Below are positions 38,933-48,826 of a stretch of 64,000 bases of DNA, piece after piece. The stretch comes from Candidatus Giovannonibacteria bacterium (lineage in GTDB: Bacteria > Patescibacteriota > Minisyncoccia > JACPKW01 > UBA11713). The notes beneath the pieces were generated by a model. It did not search any database, was not told where the DNA came from, and saw nothing but the letters and a program-made list of their open reading frames with translations. Made by a program: the position numbers and the translations under genes. The stretch is from assembly GCA_016186825.1 (NCBI GenBank), contig JACPKW010000004.1:428-64427 (forward strand), given 5' to 3'. Numbering within the stretch: position 1 is the first letter of the stretch; each line of letters begins with the position of its first letter.

Positions 38933-38992
38933 GCCTCAACCACACACCCGCAAAGTTTATAGACCGTAGTTTATATTTAATGGCCGCTAATT

Positions 38993-39646
38993 TCAACCGC
39001 GCGCGATAACAAGCCCGATGACTTTTTTAGCTCCGGCATCCTTTAAAACTCGGGCTGCTTCGTTCAATGTTGCCCCAGTCGTCGAAATGTCATCAATCAA
39101 AAAGACAGTACGGCCCGCAATTTTTTCGGAAGTTGAAATTCTAAAAGAATTTATTACATTTGAAATCCGCTTTGCGCTGGAAAGCGCTGTCTGCGTGGGC
39201 GTGTCCTTAACTTTTAAGATGATATCAGACATATTTTCTATCCCTGTTCTATCGGACAAAGCTTTTGAAATAAGCTCTGCCTGGTTATATCCTCGTTTTC
39301 TAAGGCGTTTTTTTGAAATCGGAATCGGCAAAAGAACGGCATTCGTTTCCGAAGTGAGGTAAGTGCGGAAAAGATGATGGAGCATTTGGGAAAAAGGATG
39401 AGAGAGGCGGGCAGTACCATGGTATTTAAAACGGCGGATTGCTCTTTTTAAAACTCTATTGTCGTAAAATCCAAAACTATAAAGCTTATCCAAAAATGGC
39501 CCAGGATTTTTTATTTCGGATTCTTTTTTGGCTTTTTTGATGCACAATTCGCAGAGAAACACTTTTTCTTTTAGACATCCAATACAGCGCTCCGGGAAAA
39601 GCAGCGAGAAAAAATTATCTAATCCTGTGTGGATAAGTTTAAACAT
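38993..39646 (-). CDS. comF: ComF family competence protein
   Basis: FPERCIGC...LCELC zinc motif, RGYNQA, LIDDISTTGATL. Confidence 0.92.
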   Translation of the reverse strand: MFKLIHTGLDNFFSLLFPERCIGCLKEKVFLCELCIKKAKKESEIKNPGPFLDKLYSFGFYDNRVLKRAIRRFKYHGTARLSHPFSQMLHHLFRTYLTSETNAVLLPIPISKKRLRKRGYNQAELISKALSDRTGIENMSDIILKVKDTPTQTALSSAKRISNVINSFRISTSEKIAGRTVFLIDDISTTGATLNEAARVLKDAGAKKVIGLVIARG

Positions 39647-39776
39647 AGTTAAGTTCAGCTTCTATGATATAATAACTAGGAAGAAAGGCGAGCGATAATT
39701 TTTATCATTGGGTACTCATGCCTCTCCCATTTCTTCTCGCAAATTGGATTTTTAGAATAGAATAAATGGAAGGGGC

Positions 39777-40904
39777 ATGGATATACCTTTTTTCAAAAAT
39801 TTATCATTGGCCAAAGGGCTTGCTCTTTTTAAGCCGAAAGCCGCGAGTGTTTTAGGCATCGATTTAGGCACTTCGAGTTTTAAGATTGTTCAGCTCCGGC
39901 GCGACAAGGAACAAGGCGTGCTCGAAACATATGGAGAGCTTGCTTCGGGTCCTTACGGAGGCGCAGAAATTGGGAAAAGCGTTAAGCTTGTGGATCAGAA
40001 GATCGTCGAAATGATCGGGGATCTTTTAAAAGAGACGAACGCCACTTCAAAAAGCGCAGTCGTTTCGATTCCGCTTAGAAACAGCTTTGTCACGAAGATT
40101 TCTTTGCCGCTAATGTCGGAGACAGAGTTAGCCGAGGCAATAACTTATGAAGCGCGAAGATACATTCCGGTTCCTTCCAATGAGGTAATCATAGATTGGA
40201 TGCTTCTGCCCCAATCGATTGCATCAAGTGATCGGGAGGATGAGGGTTTTGCAAAAGAGCGCAGATTTATGGATGTGCTTTTGGTTGCAATCCATCGCGA
40301 ACTGGTTGAAAAATATCAAAGCATTTTCAAAACCGCTGATCTCAATGTGCTGGCTTTTGAGATAGAAGTTTTCAGCCAGGTGCGCTCCGTGCTCGGAAGG
40401 GAAGTTGCTCCGGTATTAATAGTAGATATCGGCGCGCAATCTACGCGCTTGACCGTAGTTGATTACGGAATCGTGAGGCTATCGCATAATTTGGACCGCG
40501 GCTCGCAGGATCTCACCCAGGCGCTTTCGCGCTCGCTCAACATAGATTTCGAGCGTGCGGAAAAATTAAAGCGCGAGACGGGTTTGTCAGGACGCCCGGA
40601 GCATAAAGAAATTGTCGGTGTGATTCAACCTCTGCTCGATTATATTTTTTCCGAGGCCGAACGCGTTTCGACTGATTATCACCAGCGGAATAATAGAGCC
40701 ATTAAGAGGGTAATTTTGGCGGGAGGCGGCGCAAATCTCAAGGGCATTGTGGATTTTTCAATAAACAAGTTTGGTATCGAAAGTTCTACAGCCAACCCTT
40801 TCAGCAGGGTTACCTATCCGGCCTTTCTCGAACCAGTGCTGAAGGATTTGGGCCCCACATTTTCAAATTCATTAGGTTTAGCATTAAGGGCTTTGCAGGA
40901 TTAA
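39777..40904 (+). CDS. pilM: Type IV pilus assembly protein PilM
   Basis: LGIDLGTSSFKIVQL, EARRYIP, VDIGA, LAGGGANLKG, ANPF. Confidence 0.9.
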   Translation: MDIPFFKNLSLAKGLALFKPKAASVLGIDLGTSSFKIVQLRRDKEQGVLETYGELASGPYGGAEIGKSVKLVDQKIVEMIGDLLKETNATSKSAVVSIPLRNSFVTKISLPLMSETELAEAITYEARRYIPVPSNEVIIDWMLLPQSIASSDREDEGFAKERRFMDVLLVAIHRELVEKYQSIFKTADLNVLAFEIEVFSQVRSVLGREVAPVLIVDIGAQSTRLTVVDYGIVRLSHNLDRGSQDLTQALSRSLNIDFERAEKLKRETGLSGRPEHKEIVGVIQPLLDYIFSEAERVSTDYHQRNNRAIKRVILAGGGANLKGIVDFSINKFGIESSTANPFSRVTYPAFLEPVLKDLGPTFSNSLGLALRALQD

Positions 40905-40915
40905 AGAAAATTTAA

Positions 40916-41470
40916 ATGGCAGAAATTCCATCGTTTATTCCGAAAAGTTCGCCAGTTCATATTCCCGCCCCGCGTGAGGGCATAGGAATTTTGCTTTTTT
41001 TGGGCATTGTTTTAATGGTGCTCGCTCTTGTTTTATTCGGCGGGGTTTATTTTTATAAAACTATCATTGAAGGGCAGATCAAGGACGGGAATAAGACTTT
41101 AAGCGAGCTCGAAAAGAAATTCAACAAAGAACAAATTCTCGAATTCGCGAAAGTTGCGAAATCCATTGAGGCTTCCAAAGGCCTGCTTCAAAGCCACATC
41201 TCGGTTTCACAGGTATTTAAATTTTTAGAGGGAAAAACTTTGCCGGAGGTGCGTTTTTCGAACTTCGGTTTTAAAACTAAAGGAGAGGATCTTTTAATGG
41301 CAGGCGAGGCAGAAAGTTATACCGATCTGGCTTTGCAGATTGCGCTTTTGCAACAGCAGAAAGGAGTAATAAAGAGCATTGGATTATCAGGGATATCTTT
41401 GAAAGAAGCGGGCAACGTGAATTTTTCTATAAGCCTAAACTTTGAACCGAGCGTTTTGACTTATCGATAA
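40916..41470 (+). CDS. pilN: PilN-like protein
   Basis: Follows pilM; TM, coiled coil and ferredoxin-like segment (MAGEAESY). Confidence 0.65.
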   Translation: MAEIPSFIPKSSPVHIPAPREGIGILLFLGIVLMVLALVLFGGVYFYKTIIEGQIKDGNKTLSELEKKFNKEQILEFAKVAKSIEASKGLLQSHISVSQVFKFLEGKTLPEVRFSNFGFKTKGEDLLMAGEAESYTDLALQIALLQQQKGVIKSIGLSGISLKEAGNVNFSISLNFEPSVLTYR

Positions 41471-41476
41471 TTTTTT

Positions 41477-42019
41477 ATGGTAAAAAATATTTTAGCGATC
41501 ATATTAATAGTTGCGGCGGTTGGAATAGTTTTTATGTGGGTTAAGCCACTTTGGGCAGATATCCAGGGATTGAATTCATCAAAACAGGAACTTCAAACTG
41601 CGATCAATAATATGAAAGAGCGGGCGAAAGACCGGGATCGGCTTTTGGAGAAATACAACGCGATTGCCGAAGAAGACCTCGCGCGATTAAACGAAATGAT
41701 TCCGCCGGATGTCGATATCGCGAAATTGCTTGTGAATATGGATGATCTCGCAAAAACCAATGGATTGATTTTGAAAAGAATTGATGCAAAAGAGTCAAAA
41801 GAGGGGTCGGCCGTAGTCGGAGGAGGGCCGCAGAATTTTGAGCCTATTAGCCTTGAACTTTCTGTTGCCGGTTCTTACCAGTCCTTTAGAAACTATCTGG
41901 CCGCGCTTGAGAAAAATCTTCGTCTGATTGACGTTGCCGATATTACTTTTTCAGCGAGCGAAAAAGATTCTTATGAGTTTACGATTAGGGCCGTGATTTA
42001 TTCGCAGAAAAAACAATAA
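41477..42019 (+). CDS. pilO: PilO-like protein
   Basis: TM, coiled coil, LSVAGSYQSFRNYLAALEKNLRLIDV. Confidence 0.8.
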   Translation: MVKNILAIILIVAAVGIVFMWVKPLWADIQGLNSSKQELQTAINNMKERAKDRDRLLEKYNAIAEEDLARLNEMIPPDVDIAKLLVNMDDLAKTNGLILKRIDAKESKEGSAVVGGGPQNFEPISLELSVAGSYQSFRNYLAALEKNLRLIDVADITFSASEKDSYEFTIRAVIYSQKKQ

Positions 42020-42020
42020 G

Positions 42021-42314
42021 ATGCCTGAAAAAAACTTTTTGATGACAATTATATTGGTGATTGTGCTCCTGGCGCTCGGCTTTGTATGGTATAAATATTT
42101 TTATTCAACTGGCGCGGCAATTCCTGTGCCGGAAACCGGAACTAATATAAAAATCGATAAAGAATTTATCACGCTTGCGAATATCCTCGAAAAAACCAAA
42201 ATAGACACCGCGTTTTTTGATGATTCTTTGTTTGTAAATCTTAAAAAGAGCGTTCCTTTTCCTGAAATTCCTGAAAATCAGGGGAGAATAAATCCTTTCG
42301 CGCCTTTGCCTTAA
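42021..42314 (+). CDS. Small membrane protein ending in GRINPFAP (PilP position)
   Basis: TM plus a GRxNPF motif, between pilO and pilB. Confidence 0.65.
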   Translation: MPEKNFLMTIILVIVLLALGFVWYKYFYSTGAAIPVPETGTNIKIDKEFITLANILEKTKIDTAFFDDSLFVNLKKSVPFPEIPENQGRINPFAPLP

Positions 42315-42327
42315 GGACTAAATTTGC

Positions 42328-44049
42328 ATGTCAGATACGCGTTTTGCGGATATCCTTATTGAAAAAAAGCTTTTATCGAGCGGCGATTTAAACGCGGCAA
42401 AAGAACAGGCGCATCACTCGGGCCTGCTTCTGGAAGAGGCGCTCGAAGAAAAGGGGATCGATGAAAAAACCATTTTGGATGCGAAAACCGAGGTTTTCGG
42501 GATTCCCGCAAAAAAATTAGATGATGTAAAAGTGCCTTTTGAAGTATTGAAGTACGTCCCCGAGGATTCCGCGAGGCACTATAAATTCGTGCCGATCGGA
42601 CTTAAGGACGGGGTGCTTGAAATCGGGATGCTCGATCCAAGCGACATCGATGCCAAAGAGGCGCTGCAATTCATCGCTTCAAAATTAAATATGCCTTTTC
42701 GGGTGTATTTAATCCTGCGTTCTAATTTTTTAAAGATTGTAGAAGAATATCGTGGCCTTGGGGGTGAAGTTAATAAAGTGCTCTCGGAACTTGAAACAGC
42801 GCTCGTTGAGAATGCGCCTCCGTCGGAAAAAGAAATTCAAAAAATTGAAACAGCAACGGCTTTTGCCGAAGAGGCGCCGATAACAAAAATGGTGGCGGTG
42901 ATGCTCAAACACGCGACAGAGGGAAGGGCTTCCGACATCCACATCGAGCCTACTCGCGAACAAATGCGCGTCCGTTTCAGAGTGGACGGAATTTTGTATA
43001 CAAGCCTCATTCTTCCGAAAAAAGTTCATGAAGCGATTGTTTCTAGGATCAAGATTCTTACAAACATGCAGCTTGATGAAAAGCGAAAGCCGCAGGACGG
43101 AAGGTTTTCGGCAAGAGTGGATGACCGCGATATTGATTTTCGTGTCTCGACATTCCCGACTTATTTCGGCGAAAAAGTCGCGATCCGTATTTTGGACCAG
43201 CAATCCGGGGTCGGCACGTTAGGCGCTTTGGGTTTGGACGGGCGGAATCTCGAAGTTGTAAATGAAGGATTAAAGCGTCCCTACGGAATGGTTTTGATTA
43301 CCGGTCCCACAGGTTCCGGAAAGTCAACGACTCTTTATGCGATGCTCCAGCTTTTAAACCAGGAAAGGTATAACATTGTGAGCTTGGAAGATCCGATTGA
43401 ATATCATATTGAAGGCGTTAACCAATCGCAGGTCCGTCCCGAAATAGATTACGATTTTGCCTCCGGCCTCCGGTCTATTCTGCGTCAAGATCCCGATACG
43501 ATTATGGTTGGCGAGATCCGCGACAAAGAAACCGCCCAGCTTGCTATTCACGCCGCGCTAACCGGGCACTTGGTCTTGTCTACACTTCACACAAACACTG
43601 CGATTGGCGTCATTCCGCGTTTGATTGACATGGGGGTTGAGCCTTATCTGATCGCGCCCACTTTGATTCTCGCGATCGGACAGAGGCTTGGCAGAACCCT
43701 TTGCAAGGATTCAAAGCGTTCGATCGCGCTTGAGGGCCCGGTTAGGAACAAACTAGAAGAAGAAATTCAAGGAATGCCCGAAGCTATTAAGAAAAAGATA
43801 AAAATACCGAAGGAAATTTATCAGGCGCTTCCGTCTCCCTCCTGTCCCAAAGGAACTCGCGGACGCATTGCCGTTTTTGAAGTTTTGAATATGACGCCAG
43901 AACTCGAAAAAATAATATTGAAAGTCCCTACTGAAGCGGAAATTATGCAGGAAGGGCGCAGACAAGGTATGATAACTATGAGAGAAGATGGCATTTTGAA
44001 AGTGCTTGAGGGTAAAATTGGTTTAGAGGAGTTGTCTGAAATTACATAG
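42328..44049 (+). CDS. pilB: Type IV pilus assembly ATPase (PilB/GspE)
   Basis: ASDIHIEP, PQDGRF, GPTGSGKSTT, LRQDPD, TGHLVLSTLHTN. Confidence 0.94.
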   Translation: MSDTRFADILIEKKLLSSGDLNAAKEQAHHSGLLLEEALEEKGIDEKTILDAKTEVFGIPAKKLDDVKVPFEVLKYVPEDSARHYKFVPIGLKDGVLEIGMLDPSDIDAKEALQFIASKLNMPFRVYLILRSNFLKIVEEYRGLGGEVNKVLSELETALVENAPPSEKEIQKIETATAFAEEAPITKMVAVMLKHATEGRASDIHIEPTREQMRVRFRVDGILYTSLILPKKVHEAIVSRIKILTNMQLDEKRKPQDGRFSARVDDRDIDFRVSTFPTYFGEKVAIRILDQQSGVGTLGALGLDGRNLEVVNEGLKRPYGMVLITGPTGSGKSTTLYAMLQLLNQERYNIVSLEDPIEYHIEGVNQSQVRPEIDYDFASGLRSILRQDPDTIMVGEIRDKETAQLAIHAALTGHLVLSTLHTNTAIGVIPRLIDMGVEPYLIAPTLILAIGQRLGRTLCKDSKRSIALEGPVRNKLEEEIQGMPEAIKKKIKIPKEIYQALPSPSCPKGTRGRIAVFEVLNMTPELEKIILKVPTEAEIMQEGRRQGMITMREDGILKVLEGKIGLEELSEIT

Positions 44050-44051
44050 CT

Positions 44052-44438
44052 ATGTCTGAATCAACTAAAAAAATTCTGATAGTCGATGACGACGAGTTTT
44101 TACTCGAAATGTATGCGCTCAAATTCAGGGAGTCGGCTTTCGAAGTCGAGGTTTCGCATAGCGGCGAAGAAGTGCTAGAAAAATTGCGTTCGGGCTACGC
44201 GCCGGATGTGCTTCTCCTTGATATTGTTATGCCCGCGATAGATGGCTTTGAAGTGCTAAAGATGATCAAGAAAGAGAATCTTTTGCCGAGCGCCTTGCTT
44301 ATCGTTTTAACGAATTTGGGGCAAAAAGAGGACGTAGAAAAAGGGTTGCGGCTTGGAGCAACAGATTACATAGTAAAGGCGAATTATACTCCCTCGGAGG
44401 TGGTCAAAAAAATTAACGATTTATTCGAAAAAAAATAA
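44052..44438 (+). CDS. Single-domain response regulator
   Basis: ILIVDDD, LLDIVMP (phospho-Asp), LTN, GATDYIVK. Confidence 0.92.
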   Translation: MSESTKKILIVDDDEFLLEMYALKFRESAFEVEVSHSGEEVLEKLRSGYAPDVLLLDIVMPAIDGFEVLKMIKKENLLPSALLIVLTNLGQKEDVEKGLRLGATDYIVKANYTPSEVVKKINDLFEKK

Positions 44439-44457
44439 GCAAGTGTAAATTTAAAAT

Positions 44458-45528
44458 ATGAAAGATTACGGCGAAGAACTTAAGGAACTTATTTTGACTG
44501 TCGCAAAGGAGCAGGCCTCCGATCTGCATTTAACCGCCGGACGCTACCCGACTTTGCGCATTGCAGGCGAGCTGGTTCCCTTGGTAAAAAGGCAGGTTTT
44601 AACCCCGGAAGACACAAAGGGACTTGCGTTTGCGATGTTAGATGAAAAAAGCCAGGCGAAATTTTTGGAGGAGCGTGAACTCGATTTTTCATACAGTTTC
44701 GAAGATAAAGTCCGTTTTCGAGTAAATATTTTTCATGAGCGGGGATTTATGGCGGCCGCGTTGCGGCTTGTTCCGGTTGAAATCATGACTCTTAAGGAAC
44801 TTAACTTGCCTGAAATAATAAAATCATTTACCCAAAAGGAGCAGGGTTTTTTCTTGGTGGTGGGGCCGACCGGACATGGCAAGACTACAACGCTTGCGAG
44901 CCTGATTGATATCATTAATAAAACGCGCGCGGAGCATATCATTACAATTGAAGATCCGATCGAATACCTTTTTACCTCTGATAAATCTATCATTGTTCAG
45001 CGCGAGGTGGGGCCTGATACTGACGATTTTCATAAGGCGCTCCGCTCGATGTTTCGGGAGGATGTAAACGTGGGGATGATCGGCGAGATGCGCGATCACG
45101 AGACAATTTCTGCGGCAGTTACCGCGGCCGAAACAGGGCACCTAATCATGTCGTCTTTGCACACGAATAACGCGGCGCAGACAATAGACCGTATCATCGA
45201 CTCCTTTCCGGGAGGCCAGCAGAACCAGATCCGCTCCCAGCTTTCAAGCTCGCTTTTAGGAATTTTTTCACAGCGTCTGATCCCGCGCGTCTCCGGCGGG
45301 CTGATTCCGGCCTACGAGCTGATGATCGCGACTACAGCTGTAAAAAATCTCATTCGCGAAAATAAGGTTCATGAATTGGATTTGATAATCGAAACCTCTT
45401 CCGAGCAGGGGATGATAAGTTTGAATCAATCTCTGGTGGATTTGATCAAACAGGGCGAGATTACGTATGAAAATGCGCTTGCGTTCTCGCTTAATTCGAG
45501 AGAGCTTCAAGCTTTATTGGGTAGGTAA
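44458..45528 (+). CDS. pilT: Pilus retraction ATPase PilT
   Basis: ASDLHL, GPTGHGKTTT, AAETGHL, TIDRIID, AVKNLIRE. Confidence 0.93.
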   Translation: MKDYGEELKELILTVAKEQASDLHLTAGRYPTLRIAGELVPLVKRQVLTPEDTKGLAFAMLDEKSQAKFLEERELDFSYSFEDKVRFRVNIFHERGFMAAALRLVPVEIMTLKELNLPEIIKSFTQKEQGFFLVVGPTGHGKTTTLASLIDIINKTRAEHIITIEDPIEYLFTSDKSIIVQREVGPDTDDFHKALRSMFREDVNVGMIGEMRDHETISAAVTAAETGHLIMSSLHTNNAAQTIDRIIDSFPGGQQNQIRSQLSSSLLGIFSQRLIPRVSGGLIPAYELMIATTAVKNLIRENKVHELDLIIETSSEQGMISLNQSLVDLIKQGEITYENALAFSLNSRELQALLGR

Positions 45529-45540
45529 ACACATTCGATC

Positions 45541-46749
45541 ATGCTTTTTAAATATGTAGCAAAAACGCCAGAAGGGGAGACTCGTGATGGATCGGTTGAC
45601 GCCGCAAGTCTTGAGCTTGCTATTTCATCTCTTCAAAGGAGAGGTCTTATCATAACTTCGTTAGTCCCCGCAGAGAAAGCTGGAGCGTGGTACGAGAAGG
45701 GGCTTGCGAGTTTTGAAAAGGTAAAGATGCGAGATATTGTGATTCTTTCGCGCCAGCTCTCGACTTTATTTGAAGCTAAAGTCCCGATCGTTGAAGCTTT
45801 GAGAGTTTTGACAGCAGAGACTTCGAGTTCGGTTTTAAGGAAACATCTTTCCGAAATTCTCTCCGACATTCAGGGCGGGCTTTCGATTTCGCAGGCCTTG
45901 GCGCGCCATCCCGACGTTTTTTCAAGCCTTTATGTAAATATGGTCCGCTCCGGCGAGGAGTCCGGCAAATTGGAAGAAGTCTTTTCGTATCTTGCGGATT
46001 ATCTGGAACGCTCTTACGAATTGCAGGCAAAAGCCAGAAATGCCTTTATTTATCCCGCTTTCGTTCTATCCGCTTTCATAATTGTTATGGTTCTGATGTT
46101 GGTTGTTGTGATCCCGCGTTTGTCATCCTTGCTTACTGAAACCGGACAGGATATCCCCCTTTATACCAAAGTTGTGATCGGCATGAGCGAGGGCCTGCGT
46201 TCATACGGACTTTATATTCTTCTCATGGTTATTGTGGGCATAGTTTTACTCTGGCGCTACACAAAAACAGCTTCGGGCAAATTGGCCTTGCATAGGTTTA
46301 TAATAAACATTCCCGTGATCGGCGGACTTTATCGAAAAATTTATCTTTCACGCCTCGCCGATAACATGCAGACGCTTTTGGCGGGCGGCGTAACGGTTCT
46401 TCGCGCGCTAGAAATTACAGCGGACGTCGTGGGGAATGAAATTTACGGATCAATCATCAGGCAAACCAAAGAGGAAGTGAAGGGCGGGGCATCAATTTCG
46501 CAGTCCCTTTCAAAATTTGAAGATATTCCTCCCCTGATGACGCAGATGATCCGGATCGGGGAAGAGACCGGAAAGCTCGATTATATTTTAAAAACCATGG
46601 CCGGGTTTTACCGCAGAGAAGTTGATAATGCCGTAAACAACCTCGTGAGCTCTATTGAACCTCTTATGATTCTGGTCTTGGGTCTTGGGGTGGGGCTCCT
46701 GGTGGCGGCAGTTTTAATCCCGATTTACAACATTTCCACGTCGCTATAG
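45541..46749 (+). CDS. pilC: Pilus platform protein PilC/GspF
   Basis: RQLSTL, GEESGKL, AFIYPAFV, GEETGKLD, IEPLMI. Confidence 0.93.
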   Translation: MLFKYVAKTPEGETRDGSVDAASLELAISSLQRRGLIITSLVPAEKAGAWYEKGLASFEKVKMRDIVILSRQLSTLFEAKVPIVEALRVLTAETSSSVLRKHLSEILSDIQGGLSISQALARHPDVFSSLYVNMVRSGEESGKLEEVFSYLADYLERSYELQAKARNAFIYPAFVLSAFIIVMVLMLVVVIPRLSSLLTETGQDIPLYTKVVIGMSEGLRSYGLYILLMVIVGIVLLWRYTKTASGKLALHRFIINIPVIGGLYRKIYLSRLADNMQTLLAGGVTVLRALEITADVVGNEIYGSIIRQTKEEVKGGASISQSLSKFEDIPPLMTQMIRIGEETGKLDYILKTMAGFYRREVDNAVNNLVSSIEPLMILVLGLGVGLLVAAVLIPIYNISTSL

Positions 46750-46758
46750 CCAAAAAGC

Positions 46759-46767
46759 TTATCCACA
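46759..46767 (+). promoter_or_regulatory. DnaA-box consensus TTATCCACA upstream of the major pilin promoter
   Basis: Perfect 9-mer, with TATAAT about 30 nt downstream. Confidence 0.45.
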
Positions 46768-46890
46768 CGCCGAAGCCATATATAGATGATTTAGAGGTAT
46801 AATTAATCTATTAAAAGTTTAAAAACTTAATTATATAAAGGTCATATAAATCAACAAAATTAAAGGTTAATTATTAATTAAATAAAATAA

Positions 46891-47394
46891 ATGAAAATTT
46901 TTAAGAAATCTCGCGGTTTCACCTTGATTGAGCTCTTGGTAGTCATCGCGATCATCGGTATCTTGGCCGCAGTCGTCTTGGCGAACCTCTCGACTGCAAG
47001 AGCAAAAGGCCGCGATGCTAAAAGAGTATCGGATTTGCAAAACATGTCGAAGGCGATTGCTATTGGAGATGCTGATAACCCGATTCCCTCATTGTTAGTT
47101 GCTCTTGGGGGTGCAAATTGTGCGGCTGCAGCTAACTCCAAAGCAAATACCTGCACATATCCAGTCGACTTATCTGCCTTTGGCGATCCTTCTGTAGGAA
47201 CCGCCGGAGCCGCTTGCACAGTAGCTTCAGCGTCTTCATGCCAGTACTCAATTTCCGATGCAGCAGGAGGAACAGACGCAACAACACAAGACTATAGAAT
47301 TTGTACTCGTTTGGAAACTGTAACTAACTTTGGAGCAGCGGGTCTGTATAAAATTACGAGTACAAATGCTAGTATATCCGCAGGTTGCCCATAA
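46891..47394 (+). CDS. Probable major type IV pilin
   Basis: RG|FTLIELLVVIAIIGILAA; own promoter and AT-rich leader; Ala/Thr/Cys-rich head. Confidence 0.9.
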   Translation: MKIFKKSRGFTLIELLVVIAIIGILAAVVLANLSTARAKGRDAKRVSDLQNMSKAIAIGDADNPIPSLLVALGGANCAAAANSKANTCTYPVDLSAFGDPSVGTAGAACTVASASSCQYSISDAAGGTDATTQDYRICTRLETVTNFGAAGLYKITSTNASISAGCP

Positions 47395-47417
47395 TTCTTG
47401 ATAGGACGTTGTTCCCG

Positions 47418-47945
47418 ATGCATTTTGTTGTTAAACAGGTTTCTAGTGGCTTTTCCCGCTCTTCAAAAAAGAGCGGGTTTGGCTTTGAAAAAAAAGGTTT
47501 TACCTTGATTGAGCTTCTGGTGGTAATCGCCATCATAGGCATTCTCGCTTCCGTCGTCCTTGCTAACTATAACGAAGGGCGTAAGTCCGCCCGCGATGCG
47601 CGCCGCGTATCCGATCTAAGGCAGGTCCAGCTGGCGCTTGAGAATTATTTTCTGAACATGAGGAATTATCCGGCGGGAAATACATGGTCAAGTTTAACGA
47701 GCCCTCTCTCTACATATCTGCCTGTAGTTCCGGTTGATCCTTTAAACAGCGGATCTAACGTTTATAACTATAAGTCTCTCACGGCGGCGGGTGCGGATTG
47801 CTCTTCTGCATGCACTTCTTATGTCTTGAGAGCGGTAACGGAAAGAGATGCGGCCAATAACCCTGTTTTTTCTAATGACGTTGATGGCTCCTGGGGCGGG
47901 TATGATTGCGAAGATAATATAAAGGCCTATTGTCTAAGGCCGTAG
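47418..47945 (+). CDS. Type IV pilin-like protein (start uncertain)
   Basis: KG|FTLIELLVVIAIIG, ARDARRVSDL, VPVDP. Confidence 0.88.
   Translation: MHFVVKQVSSGFSRSSKKSGFGFEKKGFTLIELLVVIAIIGILASVVLANYNEGRKSARDARRVSDLRQVQLALENYFLNMRNYPAGNTWSSLTSPLSTYLPVVPVDPLNSGSNVYNYKSLTAAGADCSSACTSYVLRAVTERDAANNPVFSNDVDGSWGGYDCEDNIKAYCLRP
47455..47480 (+). terminator. Terminator-like hairpin after the major pilin
   Basis: CCCGCTCTT-CAAAA-AAGAGCGGG-TTT. Confidence 0.55.
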
Positions 47946-47955
47946 TTGAAATATA

Positions 47956-47998
47956 TTAAAAGAAAAAACCCCGCGGCCGCGGAGGTTTTTTCTTTTAA
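47956..47998 (+). terminator. Rho-independent terminator
   Basis: TTAAAAGAAAAAACC...GGTTTTTTCTTTTAA long inverted repeat with a GC core. Confidence 0.75.
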
Positions 47999-48028
47999 TC
48001 AAAATTAAGACCAGAGTATAATTAAAGC

Positions 48029-48808
48029 ATGGAATTTTTGACAGGATTCGCAGTTTTTTTGTTCGGGCTCGCAGTGGGGTCATTCGCAAATGTTGTAATT
48101 CTTCGCTACGGAACGGGGGAGCGCATTGTAAATTCGCGTTCGCATTGTTTTCATTGCGGATGCCAACTCGAGTGGCCTGATCTGATGCCGGTTTTGAGTT
48201 TTTTTGTCCTTAAGGGAAAATGCAGGCACTGCCACTCAAAAATCTCCATTCAGTATCCTCTAGTCGAACTGGTTTTTGGAGCATTATTTCTCTTAACTTT
48301 TCTGAAATGGTCGCGCGATTTTGGATCCTATGAGCATTTGCCGGTTCTTTTTCTCTGGCTTTTTTCAATTTTTCTGCTCGTTATTTTAAGCGCATATGAT
48401 TTTAGGCATAAAATTCTGCCGGATCTTTTTTCGTTTCTTTTTATTTTTTCGGGCTTGGCTTTAAGCGTATTTTTTTTCTGGAACGGTGTAGAAAATTTCG
48501 TTCTCGCCTTGGCTCCCGCTTTCCTTATTTTCTTTCTTTGGCTTTTTTCTCGAGGGCGCGCGATGGGATTCGGCGATGCAAAGCTTATGCTAGGCGGAGG
48601 CTTGTTTTTAGGCTGGCCTTCGGCCCTGTTCGCGCTGGTATTTTCATTTTGGGCGGGCGCATTTTATGGAATTACCCTTCTTTTAATTGACCGGAGAATT
48701 TCTTTAAAAAGCGAGATCCCTTTCGGCCCCTTTTTGGTTTTAGGGATATTGATCGTCTTCTTTTTCGCGAAATCTTTTGAACAATTTTTTCAGATTCTCA
48801 ACTTTTAA
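48029..48808 (+). CDS. pilD: Prepilin peptidase
   Basis: GSFANVV, RSHCFHC, KGKCRHC, YDFRHKILP, MGFGDAKL, IPFGPFL. Confidence 0.93.
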   Translation: MEFLTGFAVFLFGLAVGSFANVVILRYGTGERIVNSRSHCFHCGCQLEWPDLMPVLSFFVLKGKCRHCHSKISIQYPLVELVFGALFLLTFLKWSRDFGSYEHLPVLFLWLFSIFLLVILSAYDFRHKILPDLFSFLFIFSGLALSVFFFWNGVENFVLALAPAFLIFFLWLFSRGRAMGFGDAKLMLGGGLFLGWPSALFALVFSFWAGAFYGITLLLIDRRISLKSEIPFGPFLVLGILIVFFFAKSFEQFFQILNF

Positions 48809-48826
48809 ACGTGTTATAATTAGCTT

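Noticed and set aside
39627-46768. Replication origin
   Set aside because: Only isolated DnaA boxes 7 kb apart, with no cluster and no dnaA/dnaN
46915-47560. DGR template/variable repeat pair or recombination cassette between the tandem pilins
   Set aside because: Differences are synonymous and not adenine-specific; no reverse transcriptase in the window
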